Source of the DNA: Calditrichales bacterium
GTDB lineage: Bacteria; Calditrichota; Calditrichia; Calditrichales; J004
Direction of reading: 5' to 3'
DNA length: 64,000 nt
Assembly (NCBI GenBank): GCA_965267575.1
Contig: OZ254086.1
Coordinates: forward strand, 4,448,001-4,512,000
A model generated the notes under the pieces. That model saw only the letters and a list, made by a program, of their open reading frames with translations. It did no database searches and was not told the origin of the DNA. Below are positions 40,197 through 48,921 of the stretch, piece after piece. Positions within the stretch are counted from its first letter, which is position 1; each line of letters begins with the position of its first letter. Position numbers and translations under genes: made by a program.

Positions 40197-40805
40197 ATGG
40201 ATATAAATTTAATAAAATCAAAATTCGGCGATGAATACCTGGCGGATGAAAATACCTTTATGATGGGAATTGACCAACGCTTTAGCCGGCACTTCGCTGA
40301 ACGCTTTGGGGGCCTACGCGTTTTGGAAACGTGCACAGGCGCAGGCTTCACAACTATTTCTCTTGCAAAAACGGCAAAGCACGTGGTTACCGTCGAAGTA
40401 AGCGAAGAGCACCAAAAACAAGCCGTGTATAATATTGGTAAAGCGGGGTTGGCAAAAGCCGTTACTTTTATAAAAGGTGACATTTTAGACAGTTCTATTA
40501 TCGATAATTTGCCTCCTATCGATGCTGCATTCATAGATCCTGATTGGGCTGTTTCCGGTCCTGATCACATCTACCGTTTTAAGAACTCAAATACTCTACC
40601 ACCGGCAGATATCTTGTTTAGGAAAGTCTACAACATCACCAAGAATGTGGCTATTATTTTACCACCATTAATAGACGTAAATGAGCTCAATGACTTACCC
40701 TCTCATGAGTGTGAAAAGCTTTTTCTTGGTAAAAGCCTTGAGCTATATTGTTTATATTTTGGACATTTAAAAAGAAAGTCAGGGGATAGCTTCTTTTATA
40801 TATAG
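40197..40805 (+). CDS. SAM-dependent methyltransferase, Tgs1/RsmD-like
   Basis: VLETCTGAG motif I and FIDPDW motif IV. Confidence 0.75.
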   Translation: MDINLIKSKFGDEYLADENTFMMGIDQRFSRHFAERFGGLRVLETCTGAGFTTISLAKTAKHVVTVEVSEEHQKQAVYNIGKAGLAKAVTFIKGDILDSSIIDNLPPIDAAFIDPDWAVSGPDHIYRFKNSNTLPPADILFRKVYNITKNVAIILPPLIDVNELNDLPSHECEKLFLGKSLELYCLYFGHLKRKSGDSFFYI

Positions 40806-40818
40806 ATATATGTTAATC

Positions 40819-40870
40819 CTTTAACAAGGCCAATCAACTTGACGCGAGTAGCCGAGCCGTTTTTGGAAGC
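40819..40870 (+). mobile_element. attC-like left arm (partial)
   Basis: CTTTAAC-AAGGCCAATCAACTTGACGCG just after the stop codon; right arm not resolved. Confidence 0.5.
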
Positions 40871-40951
40871 TTTCTTGGCGGTGCGGTTTTCAGCAAGCGG
40901 GTTATAAGCACTTTTGTTGTTTTATTTAGTTTCCCGCTGCTTTCAATCCTT

Positions 40952-41530
40952 TCAAAAAACCAACCGTATCCCCAGCTGCTGCCCGTCAAACGTTATGCTT
41001 TCCAAAATCTGCCGCAACTGGTCGTGGTTGGAGCAATGCATCCAATAGAGCGCCGCGTCAAACACCAGTAAAAAGCCACCCTGTAAAATAATCGACTGCC
41101 CATAACCCTTCAGCCGGTCTTGCCTTTTGTTGTCGCGGGCCTTTTCAATCAGCCAGGCGCCGCCGGCCATGTAGGCCAGGTCCAGCCCGGCGTTAAACAG
41201 CAAAATCGATTCAATGCTCTGTTGCTCGCTGATGCTTTTGTATAGCGTTAAAGCCGTATCGGCAGTCACCGCGCCGTAGTAGCCGAAACCGGCAATGGCT
41301 AGGTTGACCACGTTCCAGGCGGCGTTCATCTGGTGAAAATATGTGCGGCTGCCCTCTTCGCGGAAGGTCTGGATGCCACCGGTGGCGATATTGGCCAGCG
41401 CCCAGCTGCCGAGTACCAGCATGCCGTTTTTGTTTAGCGTGTTGCGTGCTTCGTTAAACGAGGCCAGGTCGTTCTCCCCGGCCAGCGTCAGCCCGGCGGT
41501 TAAAAGCAGGATAGTTAAAATCGTTTTCAT
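40952..41530 (-). CDS. Membrane/exported protein, DUF6992-like
   Basis: FHQMNAAWNVVN, NAGLDLAY, QGGFLLVFD. Confidence 0.7.
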   Translation of the reverse strand: MKTILTILLLTAGLTLAGENDLASFNEARNTLNKNGMLVLGSWALANIATGGIQTFREEGSRTYFHQMNAAWNVVNLAIAGFGYYGAVTADTALTLYKSISEQQSIESILLFNAGLDLAYMAGGAWLIEKARDNKRQDRLKGYGQSIILQGGFLLVFDAALYWMHCSNHDQLRQILESITFDGQQLGIRLVF

Positions 41531-41582
41531 GGCTTTTCCTTAAAGAGGATGTTAAAGAGGATGCCTGTGTTTTTATTCCTCG

Positions 41583-41641
41583 TCAGCCGTCAATCCAGCG
41601 CTTAAAATCGGTGGTGAGTTCAATGCTTACCAGCGCTTCAA
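41583..41641 (-). repeat. Orphan second copy of the LytTR gene 3' end
   Basis: Encodes EALVSIELTTDFKRWIDG-stop; matches 42579-42637. Confidence 0.9.
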
Positions 41642-41737
41642 AACAACACTCAAAATAATATTAGAAAATAGTTTTGATATGATTACGTATTATATATCTT
41701 CTTTAGGGCTATAGAACGATGTTGAAAGAATTCTTAA

Positions 41738-42526
41738 ATGAAAACATTATTTATATTTTTTTTTACACTTATTTTTATAATTATCTCAATTTCTATGATT
41801 TCGCAAGGTATCGATGACGGTTTTAACAATTACCTTGTTTTCGGAGGTGCATTTATATTAATAATAATGTTATTATTTCTGATCTATTTGCAGGTAAGCT
41901 CCAAAAAAATAACTGAAGCGATGTTTGAAAAGGCAGCTAGCATATCAGTTGAAGGCAAGCAAAATTTTAAAACCCCTAATCGTTATGAATTCCCCAAAAA
42001 GAATAATATCGTGGCTTATTCTTTTCTTTATGCTTTGATACTATCAATATTAGGATTCGTCCTTAGTATCATTTCGCCGTCAAATTTTGAGCAATTATTT
42101 TATTATCAGGAGGTTAGTATACTATTTCTTTTCGGAATTATTATTAGCGCTTTTGGTGTCATATTTAACCGAAATGAAACCGGATATATAATTTATGACG
42201 CAAATAATTTTATCCTTAATAATAAGTTTATCTTTGGAAATAACCTCGAATCTACATGGGCCGCTTTGGAGGAAATTAAATTACAACGATTACAAAACGA
42301 TTCTGCAAACATAGTACTAAAATTTAAAGACATGCCTTTAATTTCATTGGCTGAAAAAGCACCCTCTTTTAAACATTTTATTGCAGAAATGGCGGAGTAT
42401 TTAATAGCTAACTCATTTGAAAATAGAATTAATGAAGAATACGTAACTAATGACATTACCTCAGGGTTAGTTTCTTCGAACATTAAACTAAAAAATAGAC
42501 AAATTTTGAATTGGCTAAAAAAATAA
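41738..42526 (+). CDS. Hypothetical membrane protein
   Basis: Very AT-rich, four TM segments. Confidence 0.7.
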   Translation: MKTLFIFFFTLIFIIISISMISQGIDDGFNNYLVFGGAFILIIMLLFLIYLQVSSKKITEAMFEKAASISVEGKQNFKTPNRYEFPKKNNIVAYSFLYALILSILGFVLSIISPSNFEQLFYYQEVSILFLFGIIISAFGVIFNRNETGYIIYDANNFILNNKFIFGNNLESTWAALEEIKLQRLQNDSANIVLKFKDMPLISLAEKAPSFKHFIAEMAEYLIANSFENRINEEYVTNDITSGLVSSNIKLKNRQILNWLKK

Positions 42527-42578
42527 AACGAAGGTATAGAAATGCTGCATTGTTGCAATAGAATCACGCTCTCCAACC

Positions 42579-43334
42579 TCATCCGTCAATCCAGCGTTTA
42601 AAATCTGCGGTGCGTTCGATGCTGACCAGCGCCTCAATCTTTTTGGGCTCCGGCGGCTGCAGGTCCAGCTTCATGCGCGAACGCGACCAGGCGTACATCT
42701 TGCGGATCGCTTTGATATTGATGATCATACGCCGGTTGATGCGGAAGAATTGCGCGGGGTCCAGCACCTCCATCAGCCCGTCCAGCGTGTAATCCACGGT
42801 CAGCGTTTCGTTTTTAAAGGTCACCAAAAAAACGCTTTTCTCCATGGCGTAAAAATAGGCGATCTCCTCCACCTCCACCTTTTGATGGATCTGCCCGTAG
42901 CGCACCAGGAAGCGTTTTTTATACTCCACGTCGCGGCGCTGCAGCATCTCCAGCAGCTGCCTGTAATCGGGTTGTTGCGCCGGGCGCAGCCGCTGGTATT
43001 TCTCCAGGCTTTCACGCAGCTCGTTGGCCCGGATCGGCTTGAGCAGGTAATCGATGCTGTTGACCTTGAAGGCACGGATGGCGTACTCCTCATAGGCGGT
43101 CGTAAAAATAACCGGGATAGCATCTTTTATATGCTGGAAAATGGAAAAACCCAACCCGTCGGAAAGCTGGATATCCAGGAACATCAGGTCCGGCGTATGG
43201 TCGCGCAGCCACTCCACGGCGTCGGCCACGGATTCCAGCTTTGCCATCACCCGCGCGTCGGGGCGCACCTCGTGGACCAGTTCCTCCAGCCTTTCCGCGG
43301 CCAGCGCTTCGTCTTCTATAATTACAATATTCAT
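42579..43334 (-). CDS. LytTR family response regulator
   Basis: REC FLDIQLSDG and LytTR FFRINR. Confidence 0.95.
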   Translation of the reverse strand: MNIVIIEDEALAAERLEELVHEVRPDARVMAKLESVADAVEWLRDHTPDLMFLDIQLSDGLGFSIFQHIKDAIPVIFTTAYEEYAIRAFKVNSIDYLLKPIRANELRESLEKYQRLRPAQQPDYRQLLEMLQRRDVEYKKRFLVRYGQIHQKVEVEEIAYFYAMEKSVFLVTFKNETLTVDYTLDGLMEVLDPAQFFRINRRMIINIKAIRKMYAWSRSRMKLDLQPPEPKKIEALVSIERTADFKRWIDG

Positions 43335-43335
43335 A

Positions 43336-44382
43336 TCAGTCCGATTGTATTAATGGCAATGTCACATTGTATTGGTTAGCAGTAATTTCTACGGCCGGTC
43401 CGCGCTCGGAGACGAGTTCGTAGCGGTTGCGCAGGTTTTCCAGCCCGATGCCGTGCTCTTTTTTAAGACGGCTTTTGGGCTGAATATTATTTTTAACCAA
43501 AAGCGCGTCGGCCCCGTTAAGGCTTTCGATACAAATGCGCAACGGTTTTTTGCGCGATGCCGTGTTATGCTTAAAGGCATTCTCCAATAAAATTTGCAAA
43601 GCCAGCGGCGGAATCAATAACGCCCTGTGCGCCTCGTTGACGGCTATATCAAATTGAAAGCCGTCTTCAAAACGCAGCTTTTGTAAAAACAGGTAGGCCT
43701 CGGCAAACTCAATCTCTTCGGCCAGCTTGATCACCGGCTTGTCGATCACATCCAGCGTGTAACGGTAGACAAAAGCAAAGGCGTCGATAAACTCCTGCGA
43801 ACGCTTCTGGTCTTTGCGGATCAGCGATGACAGTATGTTGAGACTGTTGAACAGGAAGTGCGGATCGAGCTGCTTTTTGAGCATCTCGAAGCGCATGTTG
43901 AGGTTTTCGCGCTCCAGGATTTCCGCGCGCAACTGGGCCTGGCGGTTGCGTGCTGAAAAGTTTAGCGCCTCGATGACGGTTATGCCCACCAGGTTCATCA
44001 CCCCGCCAATCAGCATATTGGAGATATAGACCTCGCCCAGCGGCTGCCTGTAACCAAAAAGCAGTTGCGAAATGGCGGTGAACAAAATCCCGGCCAGGAT
44101 GCCGCCTGAGACCGCCGCCGCCAGTTCCAGCCCGACGCGTTTACCGATCTCCCCTGTCCAGGGCATGCGCGCATCCAGCCGGCGGATAAAGCGTGCATCC
44201 AGCCACAACACCAACGCCAGCATAGGCGCGGTCATCAGCGTACCCAGGGCAAGCATCACGGCAAAATGCCCCAAACTTTTGATGACCACATAGCCGATAA
44301 AATGCTTGTAGACAATCAGAATAAACTGCAGCAAGGCCGAAGCCATGATGATCAGTGCGCTGTTTAGTGCTGTCTTTTTCAA
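43336..44382 (-). CDS. LytS/YehU-type sensor histidine kinase
   Basis: LKKQLDPHFLFNSLN, ENAFKHN, GIGLENL. Confidence 0.93.
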   Translation of the reverse strand: MKKTALNSALIIMASALLQFILIVYKHFIGYVVIKSLGHFAVMLALGTLMTAPMLALVLWLDARFIRRLDARMPWTGEIGKRVGLELAAAVSGGILAGILFTAISQLLFGYRQPLGEVYISNMLIGGVMNLVGITVIEALNFSARNRQAQLRAEILERENLNMRFEMLKKQLDPHFLFNSLNILSSLIRKDQKRSQEFIDAFAFVYRYTLDVIDKPVIKLAEEIEFAEAYLFLQKLRFEDGFQFDIAVNEAHRALLIPPLALQILLENAFKHNTASRKKPLRICIESLNGADALLVKNNIQPKSRLKKEHGIGLENLRNRYELVSERGPAVEITANQYNVTLPLIQSD

Positions 44383-44475
44383 AACAAATTCCTTACGGGT
44401 TTAAGAAGAGCGTGCTTCTTTTGGTTATAAAGTTACAAAAACAAAACGCTTTGTTCGCCTCTAAATCGCTTTAAA

Positions 44476-44506
44476 TAAAAACAGGCCGCCCCAAAGAGCG
44501 ACCTGC
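44476..44506 (-). terminator. Terminator of the 44524-45141 gene
   Basis: Reverse strand CAGGTCGC...GCGGCCTG-TTTTT. Confidence 0.7.
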
Positions 44507-44523
44507 CCGTAGAAACATTCACC

Positions 44524-45141
44524 TTACATGATGTTGTATTTTAGACTGACACCCACCGAAGGCTTTTTCAGGAAACCATCGGAGGTCCCGATCAGGCGGA
44601 TGGGCGACGTGTTGCGCACGCTGCCGCTGATACCCATCCAGAAGTTACCGTATACGCGGTGCTGCACTTCCAGCGTCAGTTCCTGTACACCAAACGTCGT
44701 CTGGTCGATGATCTCTTCGGACCATACTTTTTCCTTGCGGTAGTCCTTATCGTACTGGTAGTAGGCGGTGCCCTGCCCGCTCATGAACATCAGCGACGTG
44801 GTCAAATGTTCGGACAAGCGGAAAATGCGTTCTACAAAAAAACCGCCATAGGATGTGTAGAGGTGGTAGGTACCGTCGTTGACCAGTTCGCTAAGCTCAT
44901 TATCATGACCAAGCGCGGTTCCGGTTAAACCGACCGTCCAGCGATCATTAAAAACCAGGCCGATGCGGGCATCGCCAAAAGCCGACGTTTGATCCAGCAC
45001 GGAAGAAGCACGCCCGGTCAGGTTTACGTACATACCTATCTCATTGTCGCCCCATGTCCATTTGCCGTTTTCGCCGGCTTCAAGGTTGCCCATTCCGGCC
45101 AGCCAGATCAATCCTGCAATTGCCAACAGATGCGTTCTCAT
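44524..45141 (-). CDS. Putative outer-membrane beta-barrel protein
   Basis: Signal peptide MRTHLL..., YGGFFVE motif; RBS GGAG. Confidence 0.7.
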   Translation of the reverse strand: MRTHLLAIAGLIWLAGMGNLEAGENGKWTWGDNEIGMYVNLTGRASSVLDQTSAFGDARIGLVFNDRWTVGLTGTALGHDNELSELVNDGTYHLYTSYGGFFVERIFRLSEHLTTSLMFMSGQGTAYYQYDKDYRKEKVWSEEIIDQTTFGVQELTLEVQHRVYGNFWMGISGSVRNTSPIRLIGTSDGFLKKPSVGVSLKYNIM

Positions 45142-45229
45142 TTCTATCTCCTTTTGGTTTGAGTTAAGAGTGTTTTTCTGTGTGCGGAGACAATATGCGC
45201 AGGCTTTTGCGCTGGAAAAAAAAGAAGAC

Positions 45230-45268
45230 GATGAACGCGTATATAGGGAGGATGAACACGGGGTGAGC
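45230..45268 (-). promoter_or_regulatory. Candidate LytTR binding direct repeats
   Basis: GATGAAC at 45230 and 45251 (21-bp period). Confidence 0.55.
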
Positions 45269-45354
45269 ACGGATGGGAGGGTTAATGGCGGTGAGTAGCA
45301 TTTAGAAAATTAAAATTATATAATAAGATTAATTCGAAAACTGAAAATATGAAT

Positions 45355-45797
45355 CTCGCGAAGACGCAAAGATCGCAAAGATGGATGAGAACAGCATAGG
45401 CAAAGAAATTGTGGACGCTGCTATTATGGTCCATCGTGAACTTGGTCCGGGGTTGTTGGAGACGGTCTACGAGGTCGTACTTCTGGATGAGATCCGGAAG
45501 CGGGGCTTACGCGCGGAACGCCAGGTGCCAATTGCCATTGTATGCCGGGGCGTGCGTTTCGAGGAAGGCTTCCGGGCTGACATCATTGTCGAGAACAAGG
45601 TGATCATCGAGCTGAAGTCCGTTGAGAGGATCAACAATGCTCACAAGAAGCAACTTCTGACCTACCTTAAACTCACCGGCATGAAGCTCGGTTACCTGCT
45701 GAACTTCGGTGAGGACTTGATGAAGCGCGGCATCACACGTACCGTCAACGGTCTACCTGAATGAGAGAGTAGGTGGCGATCTTCGCGGCTTGGCAAG
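45355..45797 (+). mobile_element. Inverted-repeat-bounded GxxExxY unit 1 (putative)
   Basis: IRs 45355-45380 and 45772-45797, 19/26 by manual count. Confidence 0.5.
45381..45764 (+). CDS. GxxExxY protein (PD-(D/E)xK fold)
   Basis: GPGLLETVY, RADIIV, IIELKSV, QLLTYL. Confidence 0.95.
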   Translation: MDENSIGKEIVDAAIMVHRELGPGLLETVYEVVLLDEIRKRGLRAERQVPIAIVCRGVRFEEGFRADIIVENKVIIELKSVERINNAHKKQLLTYLKLTGMKLGYLLNFGEDLMKRGITRTVNGLPE

Positions 45798-45936
45798 AGA
45801 AAGCCAGCATTCGAACCAACCCTGTGCTCTGCCATTGGTAATGGCATCGTTAGAAACAGTTTTGATACGTTCAGGTTTTTGTATTTTTCTTTAAGGCTAT
45901 AGAAAAAATAGTGATTCAAAAATAAAAGAAACGAAC

Positions 45937-46379
45937 CTCGCAAAGACGCAAAGATCGCAAAGATGGATGAGAACAGCATAGGCAAAGAAATTGTGGACGC
46001 TGCTATTATAGTCCATCGTGAACTTGGCCCGGGGTTGTTGGAGACGGTTTACGAGGTCGTTCTTCTGGATGAGCTTCGAAAACGGGGCTTACACGCGGAG
46101 CGCCAGGTGCCCATTGCAATTGTGTGCCGGGGCGTGCGTTTCGACGAAGGCTTCCGGGCTGACATCATTGTCGAGAACAAGGTGATCATCGAGCTGAAGT
46201 CCGTTGAGCGGATCAACAATGCTCACAAGAAGCAACTTCTGACCTACCTTAAACTCACCGGCATGAAGCTCGGTTACCTGCTGAACTTCGGTGAGGACTT
46301 GATGAAGCGCGGCATAACCCGTACAGTCAACGATCTGCCCGAATAAGAGATTTCTTGGCGTTCTCAGCGTCTTTGCGAG
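45937..46379 (+). mobile_element. Inverted-repeat-bounded GxxExxY unit 2 (putative)
   Basis: IRs 45937-45962 and 46354-46379, 22/26 by manual count. Confidence 0.55.
45963..46346 (+). CDS. GxxExxY protein, second copy
   Basis: Five amino-acid differences from copy 1 over 127 aa. Confidence 0.95.
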   Translation: MDENSIGKEIVDAAIIVHRELGPGLLETVYEVVLLDELRKRGLHAERQVPIAIVCRGVRFDEGFRADIIVENKVIIELKSVERINNAHKKQLLTYLKLTGMKLGYLLNFGEDLMKRGITRTVNDLPE

Positions 46380-46463
46380 AGAGAGCGCAAGATGAAACCT
46401 CCCTTCTCGTTTTACATCGGTCTCGATCTGTTTTATGTTGTGCGGGTAAAGAGAGGAGGTTTT

Positions 46464-46928
46464 ATGGTCGCGGAAGGAACGCTGGCCGTCACAGTAACAT
46501 TTGTTTTGGCCATCATCGGCTACATCGGTATGACGGCCACGCTGATTCGCACAAATTTAAAAAATCTGCCGCGCGGCTTCTGGATCGCCACCGTGGCAAT
46601 AATTATCATCCACGTTTTTATGATCTGGCATGTACGCTACGGCTGGGAATTCGGGCTGGCCGTGCGCAACGGCTATGGCGGATTCGTTGTATTTCACACA
46701 GCGTTTTTGCTTATCGTCGGCTCGGTTTTTACCAGTGATATCATTTCCCGCCGGTTGCTGCACATTTCTTTTATTATCGTAACCGCCGGGGCGACAGGCG
46801 CCGTTTTTATTTACGACGCCGTCTCCATTTATCGGATACCGGTAATTATATGCGGGGTAGCCGGCGTTGGTGTTCTCATTTACACTTATGCTGTCCCAAA
46901 CCATAAGAAAAATCTTCCCAATACATAA
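46464..46928 (+). CDS. Hypothetical membrane protein
   Basis: RBS AGGAGG; five TM segments. Confidence 0.65.
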   Translation: MVAEGTLAVTVTFVLAIIGYIGMTATLIRTNLKNLPRGFWIATVAIIIIHVFMIWHVRYGWEFGLAVRNGYGGFVVFHTAFLLIVGSVFTSDIISRRLLHISFIIVTAGATGAVFIYDAVSIYRIPVIICGVAGVGVLIYTYAVPNHKKNLPNT

Positions 46929-46934
46929 AAATAT

Positions 46935-46956
46935 TAAAAGACCTTCTTGTCTTTTA
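46935..46956. promoter_or_regulatory. Candidate Rrf2 operator
   Basis: Perfect TAAAAGAC-N6-GTCTTTTA upstream of ric-rrf2. Confidence 0.7.
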
Positions 46957-47019
46957 TTCTAATTTTGCGTATACTCTCTTCGTCTTAAATGAAGAAATCA
47001 AACAGGAAGGACTTTTAAA

Positions 47020-47778
47020 ATGGAACTTAAAACAAAAGAATACAGCGAACGCCCGGTGGGCGAATTGGTAAGCGAAGATTACCGTCGCGCCGATATATTT
47101 AAAGCCAATGGCATCGACTTTTGCTGCGGCGGAAAAAAAAGCGTTCAACAGGCCTGCGAAGAAAACGGTGTGGATCCGCAACATATTGTGAACGCGCTGA
47201 ACGATTTGTCGGTGCAGCCGACAGGACCGCGCCAGGATTTTCGCAAATGGGAACTGGACTTCACCTGCGATTACATCGTCAACACGCACCACGCCTACGT
47301 TAATGAAGCTATAACCCAAATTAAGCAATACACAGAAAAAGTGGCCAAAGTGCATGGAGGCAATAACCCGGAACTGCTGGAAGTCCGTGACGCCTTTGAA
47401 ACGCTTGCCGGTGAAATGACCGCGCATATGAAAAAAGAAGAACTGATCCTTTTCCCGCAGATCAAAAAGATGGTTGCGGCTAAAAAGCAGGGTCAACGCA
47501 TAAGCCGCCCGCCTTTTGGCAGCATCAACAACCCCATCAACGCCATGGAAGCCGAACATGAAGGTGCCGGCAACCTCATCGCCGATATCCGCAGGCTGAC
47601 CAATGACTTTACACCACCGGCACATGCCTGCGCCACCTATCGTGTATCGTTCGCCAGCCTGCAGCAGTTCGAGGAAGACCTGCACCGCCACGTGCACCTG
47701 GAGAACAACATCCTCTTCCCTGCCGCGCTCAAGCTGGAAGCGGAACTGTTTGGCGATGACAATAAAGGTCAAAACTAA
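47020..47778 (+). CDS. ric: Iron-sulfur cluster repair di-iron protein (Ric/ScdA/YtfE)
   Basis: IDFCCGG, HMKKEE, HVHLENNILFP. Confidence 0.95.
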   Translation: MELKTKEYSERPVGELVSEDYRRADIFKANGIDFCCGGKKSVQQACEENGVDPQHIVNALNDLSVQPTGPRQDFRKWELDFTCDYIVNTHHAYVNEAITQIKQYTEKVAKVHGGNNPELLEVRDAFETLAGEMTAHMKKEELILFPQIKKMVAAKKQGQRISRPPFGSINNPINAMEAEHEGAGNLIADIRRLTNDFTPPAHACATYRVSFASLQQFEEDLHRHVHLENNILFPAALKLEAELFGDDNKGQN

Positions 47779-48206
47779 TGCTTTCGCGCAGCTGCGAATA
47801 TGCCATCCGCTCCGTCCTGTATGTGGCCAGCCGCGCCGGGGTTCGCACCGGCATCAAAGAGATGTCCGGCGCTTTGGATATCCCGGAACATTTTTTGGGG
47901 AAAATCCTGCAAAACCTCACCCGCCACGGTCTGCTTTCCTCCGCTAAGGGGCCCAACGGCGGTTTTTACCTGACGCCCGAACAATCCCAAAACCCGCTGA
48001 TACGGATTGTTGAAATCGTCGATGGTTTGCAGGCTTTCAGCCGTTGCGGGTTGGGACTAAACAATTGTTCCTCTGAACGTCCCTGCCCGCTGCATTTTGA
48101 ATTTGCCCCCTACCGCGACGGCCTGGAAAACGCGCTGCGCAATCATACCGTGGAAAACACCGTGGGCGCCCTGCGTAACGGCGAGGCGTTCCTGGTTTCA
48201 TTGTGA
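47778..48206 (+). CDS. Rrf2 family regulator
   Basis: YAIRS, SAKGPNGGF, C-x5-C-x4-CPLH. Confidence 0.92.
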   Translation: MLSRSCEYAIRSVLYVASRAGVRTGIKEMSGALDIPEHFLGKILQNLTRHGLLSSAKGPNGGFYLTPEQSQNPLIRIVEIVDGLQAFSRCGLGLNNCSSERPCPLHFEFAPYRDGLENALRNHTVENTVGALRNGEAFLVSL

Positions 48207-48320
48207 ATAAGGAATGAGTGAATTAATAACTGAATTGTTGAATTGCGGATGAGACGGATTTCCGAAATCACAAAATCATACAATCACGCGAATCACAGTT
48301 CAGACAAGAGGAATTGAAAA

Positions 48321-48713
48321 ATGTACAAAGAAAAAAACAAACCGCTGGTTTACTCCTGCTCCGGTTGCTCATCGGCGGCGCAGATGGCCAACTATATTGC
48401 CGTCAACATGGATCGCCGGGAATTGGCGGAAATGTCCTGTATTGCCGGCGTGGGCGGTGACGTAAAGCCTCTGGTACGCACGGCCATCTCGGGGCGAGAT
48501 ATCATTGCCATTGACGGCTGCCCACTGGCCTGTGTAAAAAACACCCTGGCCCGGTACAACGTTGAACCGGCAAAACATTTCCTGCTCAACGAAATGGGCA
48601 TCAAAAAAATACAGCACGGTGATTTTGACAGGGATGAAGCAGAAGAGATACTGGCAAGCATTGCCGAAGCGTGCGAGCTTGAGACAGAACAAAACAGTCC
48701 GGTGGAATTATAA
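48321..48713 (+). CDS. DGC domain putative zinc-binding protein
   Basis: SCSGCS, MSCIAGVG, IDGCPLAC. Confidence 0.88.
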   Translation: MYKEKNKPLVYSCSGCSSAAQMANYIAVNMDRRELAEMSCIAGVGGDVKPLVRTAISGRDIIAIDGCPLACVKNTLARYNVEPAKHFLLNEMGIKKIQHGDFDRDEAEEILASIAEACELETEQNSPVEL

Positions 48714-48807
48714 CACCTTAACACACGAACACTTTAACACACCCCATTAATGCGTCACAAGCGGAAGAATGGTCTGACGTCCTCACCTTCTTCCGCTTTT
48801 TTATTTT
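48712..48807 (+). repeat. Direct repeat copy 1: octamer tract plus terminator
   Basis: AAGCGGAAGAA...TTCTTCCGCTT-TTTT; matches 53735-53828. Confidence 0.85.
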
Positions 48808-48891
48808 CCTCTTTTTTCTGCAAAAAACCTCCTTTTTCTCTTGCAAGCTCAAAAAAAGTTGTTAAATTTAACTTCTGTTATACATAGTTAA

Positions 48892-48910
48892 CATTTAGCA
48901 AAACTAAATG
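48892..48910. promoter_or_regulatory. Candidate metal-repressor (Fur/DtxR-type) operator
   Basis: CATTTAG-N5-CTAAATG downstream of TTGCAA-N16-TAAATT. Confidence 0.55.
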
Positions 48911-48921
48911 ACAGCAGTTAA

